Origin: a virus
Lineage: Duplodnaviria; Caudoviricetes
Strand: one strand, 5' to 3'
DNA length: 50,864 nucleotides
IMG/VR virus record: IMGVR_UViG_3300021062_000004
Coordinates: 1-50,864 of that record
Part shown: piece by piece, positions 45,468-50,864 of the stretch
How the letters are laid out: each line of letters starts with the position of its first letter
Numbering within the stretch: position 1 is the stretch's first letter
Program-made: the position numbers and the translations under genes
The notes under the pieces: model-generated
What the model was told of the DNA's origin: nothing
The model's database searches: none
The model's input: only the letters and a program-made list of their open reading frames with translations

Positions 45468-45573
45468 TGAGCTGCGATGAGTGAGCCACGCCCGTCCGGC
45501 GTGCTCATCAACAAATCCAAGGCCGTCTGCCACAACCTCCTCGACCCACATGGGCCGGGAAAGGAGCTCGCAG

Positions 45574-46341
45574 ATGGCATTTCCCAACACTCGACTCATC
45601 GGTTCTGGATTCGCACCTGGCCAGGCGGTCCAGCAGGACTACGAGTTCTTCGACGACTTCCTTGCCGGAGGCTACGGCACGTCCAGCGGACATAAGTTCG
45701 CCTCGACCGCCGACGTGTCGGAGTGGCTGTACACCGCCCTGACCGGCACTCCGACGTTCATCATCAAGGACGCCGCACGCGGAGGCATTCTCGCCGCCGC
45801 CACCGGGGCCGCGACCGACAACCACGGCTTTGAGTGCCAGTTGAACGGCGAGTGCTTCGCAATCACCGCCGACAAGGACATCTACTTCGAGATGCGGTGG
45901 GCTTCGCGGAACTCCGTCACCGCCATCGACTGGGTGTGCGGACTGGGCACGACCGAAACGTCGTTCATGGCGAACCTGTCGGCGAACTTCATCGGCTTCA
46001 CGTCCGGCTCGTCGGCGTCCGCCGCCGTGCTTGACGGCGGTGCGGCGAACATCATCGCCCGCTGCATGGAGGACCAGTCGGCATGGACCGGGACCGGCAG
46101 CAACCTCGACACCGGCTCGGACCTGGTGGCCGGCACGATGGTGACGATGGCGTTCTGGGTGCAGATGAACGGCTCCAACGCCCGCGTGCGGTTCTACGTG
46201 GACGGCAATCAGAAGCACGAGACGACCACGAACGTCCCGGACGCCGGCGACGCCCTGACGCTGATGTTCGGTGCCCAGAACAACGGCACCACGCAGGCCA
46301 TCATGGACATCGACTACATCTACGCCGCCCAGAAGCGTTGA
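45574..46341 (+). CDS. Putative capsid decoration/minor virion protein
   Basis: AAAGGAG; FFDDF, RFYVDG, MDIDYI..Q.R lectin-like beta pattern. Confidence 0.7.
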   Translation: MAFPNTRLIGSGFAPGQAVQQDYEFFDDFLAGGYGTSSGHKFASTADVSEWLYTALTGTPTFIIKDAARGGILAAATGAATDNHGFECQLNGECFAITADKDIYFEMRWASRNSVTAIDWVCGLGTTETSFMANLSANFIGFTSGSSASAAVLDGGAANIIARCMEDQSAWTGTGSNLDTGSDLVAGTMVTMAFWVQMNGSNARVRFYVDGNQKHETTTNVPDAGDALTLMFGAQNNGTTQAIMDIDYIYAAQKR

Positions 46342-46395
46342 GCGTAACCAAGACGTTGCATCAAACCGCCGGGGAAACCTGGCGGGATGATTTGA

Positions 46396-47400
46396 ATGGC
46401 CCTTACGTTGGCAAATCTTAAGTTGCACGCCCAGCACGCGGCGACGCTGGACAGCACCACGCTGCCGCCCGGCACCACGTCCGACGCGGCGGCTGGCCAG
46501 ATTGTCAATCAGGCTGGCCGCTATTTGTTCAAGCACCTGTGGAATTTCCGCATCGCTCCGCCGGCGATTGTCGGGTTCACGGCTCCCATCAGCGTGACCA
46601 GTGCGACATATGGATTGACGAACAAGTCCATCACGAAGACCAGTGGATTCAGCAGCTATACATTCGCCAAGGGCGACATCTTTGAAGTGACGGCGGGGAC
46701 CGGAGCGACGACCGGCCTGTACACCATCACGTCAAAGGAAAGCAACAACGAGATTCGCCTGGCGACCGCCATCGGTGCGGCGGACGGAATCACCAACGTC
46801 AGCGGAACCATCGAGTTCCCCTACGTCAACCTACCGAGCGACTTTGGAGACCTCATCGCCCTTGAAATGAACTCCACGTATGCGTGCGTGTTCCTGACCT
46901 CGCTGGAGGAAGTCATCTCCATGCGGCTTCGCAACGTCGCTGTCAACGCGAACCACTATCGAGCGGCGGTGGTTCAACCGGGGCAGACGGCGGCAACCAG
47001 TGTTTTGCCGGTGGCGAGGCTTGAGCTTGACCACGCACCGACCGCGGCCGACCCGGACGTGATGTTCGTCATGTACCGGAGGTCGTGGACGACGCTCTCC
47101 ACCGACACGCATTACGCGGAAGTTCCCGAATGGGCGGAGGACCTGCTCGTCGAGTACATCCGTGCGTTCGCCGAAGGCTACATGAACCGGCACGGCGACA
47201 GCCAGGGGATTCTCCCGGTCGTCACCACCAGCGACCGCCTGGCGGACATTGACACTGGCCCGCTGTTCAAGATGACTAAGGAATACGACGGCCTCATCCA
47301 ATCGGATTACGGCCCCACAGGGGATGGCCCGGCGGGTCATCCATATCACGCAACAACGTGGCGTTCGCGAACGTCTGGTGCGGTCGCCGACCCTGCTTGA
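46396..47400 (+). CDS. Putative head-tail adaptor
   Basis: MALTLANLK, IVNQAG..W, LPSDF; position. Confidence 0.65.
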   Translation: MALTLANLKLHAQHAATLDSTTLPPGTTSDAAAGQIVNQAGRYLFKHLWNFRIAPPAIVGFTAPISVTSATYGLTNKSITKTSGFSSYTFAKGDIFEVTAGTGATTGLYTITSKESNNEIRLATAIGAADGITNVSGTIEFPYVNLPSDFGDLIALEMNSTYACVFLTSLEEVISMRLRNVAVNANHYRAAVVQPGQTAATSVLPVARLELDHAPTAADPDVMFVMYRRSWTTLSTDTHYAEVPEWAEDLLVEYIRAFAEGYMNRHGDSQGILPVVTTSDRLADIDTGPLFKMTKEYDGLIQSDYGPTGDGPAGHPYHATTWRSRTSGAVADPA

Positions 47401-47414
47401 GTTAGGACATCAAC

Positions 47415-48299
47415 ATGCCCGCAAATGAAACGACACGAGTTGGCCGTGCCATCTATGACGAGCGGTCGCGGACGGCGACGCTCACCAACAAGACGCTCAC
47501 GTCTCCGACCATCACCGCTCCGACGATTTCGGGGGCCGTCACGAACAGCGGAACCCAGACGCTCAGCGGCTCCACGACCATCACCCGTGCGGGCGAGATC
47601 GTGGAGGCCGACTATGACCCCGGCTCCCGCGTGTACTTCCGCTCCTCGTTCGAGGGCCGGGCGTACAGTGCCACGGTCATCTCCGACTGGTCGAACTTCA
47701 AGTCCGTCGCTTCGGCGAACCTCGACTGGGTGTTCAGCCGCTCGGCGACCAACGCCATCGCACGCGGAAGCTCGGACGGGGCGATGGTGCTCTCGGACTC
47801 CAACTCCAGTGCGATGTGCTTCATCCGGCCTCGCACCGGCTCGCGTCTGAACAAAATCAAGTGGAACACCTCCCGCTCACCGCGATTCCGCTGCGTCTTC
47901 AAGACCGGGGCGAGCATCGCCGACGAGCGATGGCTGTTCGGCCTGGAGTCCGTCGCCCGGCCGAAGTACCTCCGCAACTCCGCCGGCGACTCGAATCGCG
48001 TGGAGATTTACTTCCACCAGAACGCCGACAGCCGCATCCATGCCCGCAAGGCGGCCGGCGGCTCGTCGTCCTCGGCCACGCTGACCGGGGTTGTCGCCGC
48101 CGACACGGTGTATGACCTGGACATCCGGGTCGATTCGTCCCGCGTCGTGACGGTCTACGTGAATGGAACGCTGCTGAAGACGTTCACGACCGCCCTGGCC
48201 GCGAGCAAGGCCCTCATCCCCATCATCGGGCACCAGTCCGAGGGCGGGAAGCGTGCCATCGCCCTCTACTACATGGAGATGAGCCAGGACTTCGGTTGA
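47415..48299 (+). CDS. Putative virion/fibre protein
   Basis: TLTNKTLTSPTI motif; C-terminal domain resembles 45574-46341 (VYVNG). Confidence 0.65.
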   Translation: MPANETTRVGRAIYDERSRTATLTNKTLTSPTITAPTISGAVTNSGTQTLSGSTTITRAGEIVEADYDPGSRVYFRSSFEGRAYSATVISDWSNFKSVASANLDWVFSRSATNAIARGSSDGAMVLSDSNSSAMCFIRPRTGSRLNKIKWNTSRSPRFRCVFKTGASIADERWLFGLESVARPKYLRNSAGDSNRVEIYFHQNADSRIHARKAAGGSSSSATLTGVVAADTVYDLDIRVDSSRVVTVYVNGTLLKTFTTALAASKALIPIIGHQSEGGKRAIALYYMEMSQDFG

Positions 48300-49096
48300 T
48301 GACCAAGACCATCCACATCCTTGACTTCGACCGCATGGCGAACGCCGGCGGCAGCGAAGTGGTTGGCACGGCCAAGGATTTGATTCGGGACGCACACGAC
48401 AACCCGATTCAATGGCTGCACAACGCCCATGCCCATCCAGACGACCGCCAGCGGGCATTTCTGGTCGGACGGGGATGGTCGGCCACCAAGAAGCGACGCC
48501 GACACATCGCGGAGGCCGGCATCCCCGTCATGGCCATCAACGACTATCCGAAGGACGCCCCCAAACCGAGATACTGGGTGGCCGGCGACCCCGCCGGTTA
48601 CTACAGCAACCGGATTTGGGGCGACCCGGACGTGATGAAGTTCTCTCCCATCGGGAGCTGCAAGTCCATGCGTCCACGCGAGGACGCCTACGCCCCGGCA
48701 TTGACGCCCAAGGACGCACCCAACACGCACTTCTATCACCAGGTCAACAACGACGTTGACGTGGAGAGCTGGCTGCACAAGCCCTGGATCAACTGGGGCA
48801 TGACCATCTTCGGCGAGCATGTGCCCAGCACGTACTTTGAAAGCGGGGCGGCCCGCTCGTCGATGCTCTGCGGGCTGCGTCTGCTGTGGCACCTGGGGTA
48901 TCGGGAGGTGTACCTGCTCGGCTGCGACTGCACGCCGGGCCATCATCCGGCCCCAATGTACTGGGCTTCGGTGCTCGATTACGTGCAGAAGCTCAGCCCG
49001 ACGTTCAAAAGGTTTGGTTATTCGGTCCGTCAGACCAATCCCGACTCTCATCTCCGCACGTTCGAGTTCGCGGACTTCGAGAGTGCCATCGCTTGA
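48299..49096 (+). CDS. Glycosyltransferase/MptE-like Rossmann protein
   Basis: FLVGRGWS, MAIN, SSML..LWHLGYREVYLLGCD. Confidence 0.65.
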   Translation: MTKTIHILDFDRMANAGGSEVVGTAKDLIRDAHDNPIQWLHNAHAHPDDRQRAFLVGRGWSATKKRRRHIAEAGIPVMAINDYPKDAPKPRYWVAGDPAGYYSNRIWGDPDVMKFSPIGSCKSMRPREDAYAPALTPKDAPNTHFYHQVNNDVDVESWLHKPWINWGMTIFGEHVPSTYFESGAARSSMLCGLRLLWHLGYREVYLLGCDCTPGHHPAPMYWASVLDYVQKLSPTFKRFGYSVRQTNPDSHLRTFEFADFESAIA

Positions 49097-49118
49097 CGCG
49101 ATGTAAGGACGGTCGCGG

Positions 49119-49565
49119 ATGGCAACCAGAAAACCGGACTCAATCGGTTCAACGACGAACCCGCCGGCAGGCTCGACGCTCATCAAGCAGTCGGGCGGCA
49201 CCTTCGTCCTGAAGATGCACGAGTTCGATTTCGAGCACTTCCTGCACCATTACGAGGAGGCCACCGGAGACGGCGACGCCGACCCGGTGTACGAGCACAA
49301 CGGGATGCAGCGGGGGCGTTACACGATTCGCGGCGTCGCGGTCACCGCCGCCGCCATTGGTTTGGCGAACCTGAGTTCCGCGAGCAATCCGGGCACCGTC
49401 AAGCTCAAGCTGGACTCCACGGCCGACGCCGGCTCCTTCCACAACTTCACTGCCCTGGTGCTTCGGGTGAGCGGCCGGTGGAAACGCGGCCGAACGCTCA
49501 TGCCGCTGGCCATCGACTGCATCATCACCACCACCGCCGAATCGAGCCTGGAGGCTTCGACCTAA
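49119..49565 (+). CDS. Putative tail tube-like protein
   Basis: 148 aa beta-rich; position. Confidence 0.5.
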   Translation: MATRKPDSIGSTTNPPAGSTLIKQSGGTFVLKMHEFDFEHFLHHYEEATGDGDADPVYEHNGMQRGRYTIRGVAVTAAAIGLANLSSASNPGTVKLKLDSTADAGSFHNFTALVLRVSGRWKRGRTLMPLAIDCIITTTAESSLEAST

Positions 49566-50734
49566 TGGCCATCAAGACCTGGAAGGGTGGTGCGACTCGC
49601 GTAAGCCAAGTCGCCACCTGGACCATCAGCAGCAACACCAACGGGCACACGTTCATCCTGAGCGTCACGCATCCCTCCGGCGTCCCGACAGACACCGTGG
49701 AAATCGTGAACGAGACTGCCGACGGCGTTTTGACGACCACTCAAATCGCGAGCAACATCGCAACCGAATGGAACGCCAGCAATCACGACTTCGCCGCCGC
49801 CGTCACCGCACAAGCAAGCTCCAATGTCGTGACGTTCACGGCTGATGTCGCAGGCGTCCCTTTCATCATTTCCAAGTCCGGCACCGGCACCTCCACGCTG
49901 ACGACCACCACGGCCAACAGCGGTCCGAACGACTACGGAGTTCCAAGCAACTGGGCGGAGGGTGCAATTCCCATTGCAACGAACGACGTGCGAATCACCG
50001 GGAACGTGGACATTCTCTATGGCCTGAACCAATCGTCGGTCGCATTGGATGACGTCATCATCGAAGGCTTCACCGGCCGCATCGGCGAACAGTCACACTT
50101 GCTTGCGTTCGACCCGGCGACACTGACGATTGATTGCACCGGCAACGTCCACCTTTTGCTCGGCTCAGTGACGACCGTTCGGGTGCTCAACACCGGCAGC
50201 GGACACAACAGTTCCGGATTTGGATGCTTCCTTGTTGGGGCTGGAACGACGACGACGCTGGAGCTGATTGGCGGAAGCACGAACGTCAGCCAGTTTCATG
50301 ACGCCAACATGACAATTGGCACTTGCCACATCGAAGGCGGTCGCAATTACATCGGCCCGAACATCACGTTGACGACGTTCCGGCAGACCGGCGGCGACAA
50401 CACGCTGGAAGGAATCTCCGGGGCCACCGTGACGACCATCACTGTCGATGGCGGCGACCTTTTCGCACATGGGGCCTTCGCCACCACCACCGGAACACAG
50501 AACGGCGGCAACGTCACATGGGAGGTGACGGGAGCCTGCACGACTTACAACGCCCGTGGCGGACTCCTTGACCTCTTGTTCTCCAAGAAGACCAAGGAGA
50601 TCACGACCATCGTCCAGAACAACTGCACCATCCGATACGACAAGTCTTTCCTCACCAACACCACATGGACGGAGAACGTCCCGATGGAGAAGAAGCCCGC
50701 CCTTTCCTCAGCAGGAAAGAGCGTGTTCCGATGA
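49565..50734 (+). CDS. Putative tail protein with beta-helix-like C-terminus
   Basis: TAATG overlap; SNWAEGAIP..ND motif; repeated GG/T-rich turns. Confidence 0.6.
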   Translation: MAIKTWKGGATRVSQVATWTISSNTNGHTFILSVTHPSGVPTDTVEIVNETADGVLTTTQIASNIATEWNASNHDFAAAVTAQASSNVVTFTADVAGVPFIISKSGTGTSTLTTTTANSGPNDYGVPSNWAEGAIPIATNDVRITGNVDILYGLNQSSVALDDVIIEGFTGRIGEQSHLLAFDPATLTIDCTGNVHLLLGSVTTVRVLNTGSGHNSSGFGCFLVGAGTTTTLELIGGSTNVSQFHDANMTIGTCHIEGGRNYIGPNITLTTFRQTGGDNTLEGISGATVTTITVDGGDLFAHGAFATTTGTQNGGNVTWEVTGACTTYNARGGLLDLLFSKKTKEITTIVQNNCTIRYDKSFLTNTTWTENVPMEKKPALSSAGKSVFR

Positions 50735-50737
50735 CCT

Positions 50738-50864
50738 ATGGCATTCAACCGCAAGAAACGAAGAGGACTTCCCGCCCCGCGTTCCCGCAACGCCGGAATG
50801 CCTTCCGAGCAGGACCAGGAAGCGATGCTCAAGGGGCTTTCGGACCGCGATGTAGAACGCATCA
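50738..50864. repeat. Terminal direct repeat, right copy
   Basis: Identical to 1-127. Confidence 0.97.

Noticed and set aside
45460-45574. Capsid readthrough or frameshift extension
   Set aside because: Double TGA stop, a stop at 45478 in the downstream frame, and no slippery site
50738-50864. 127-bp end repeat as a biological terminal repeat
   Set aside because: Length matches a common assembler k-mer and it falls within a tightly packed operon; best read as circular overlap
1-50864. Alternative genetic code
   Set aside because: Genes tile densely under the standard code and all three stops are used

Overview
The window is an apparently complete, circularly assembled temperate tailed-phage genome of about 50,737 bp; bases 1-127 recur exactly at 50738-50864. 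Virion, tail and ejection-type genes occupy 36.2-50.7 kb and continue through 1-9.5 kb (TerL, GroES-like, portal, scaffold, major capsid, a very Cys-rich protein and large internal proteins). A TerS-like gene sits apart on the minus strand. After it come a roughly 850-bp densely base-paired non-coding region, an array of small accessory genes punctuated by conserved intergenic repeats (12-16 kb) and a divergent switch between two ribbon-helix-helix-like regulators (17.2 kb). The early operon carries RecE-like, SSB-like, vWA, methyltransferase, beta-clamp, DnaA-domain-IV and RusA-like genes. It is interrupted by an attP (3' half of tRNA-Gly-GCC, a terminator and arm-type repeats) and a tyrosine integrase. 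A LuxR-type gene precedes a holin/spanin-like cluster. I found no recognisable DNA polymerase, helicase, primase, replication initiator or endolysin. A Planctomycetota-like host is a weak inference only. All calls were made by eye from motifs and synteny; no searches were run.
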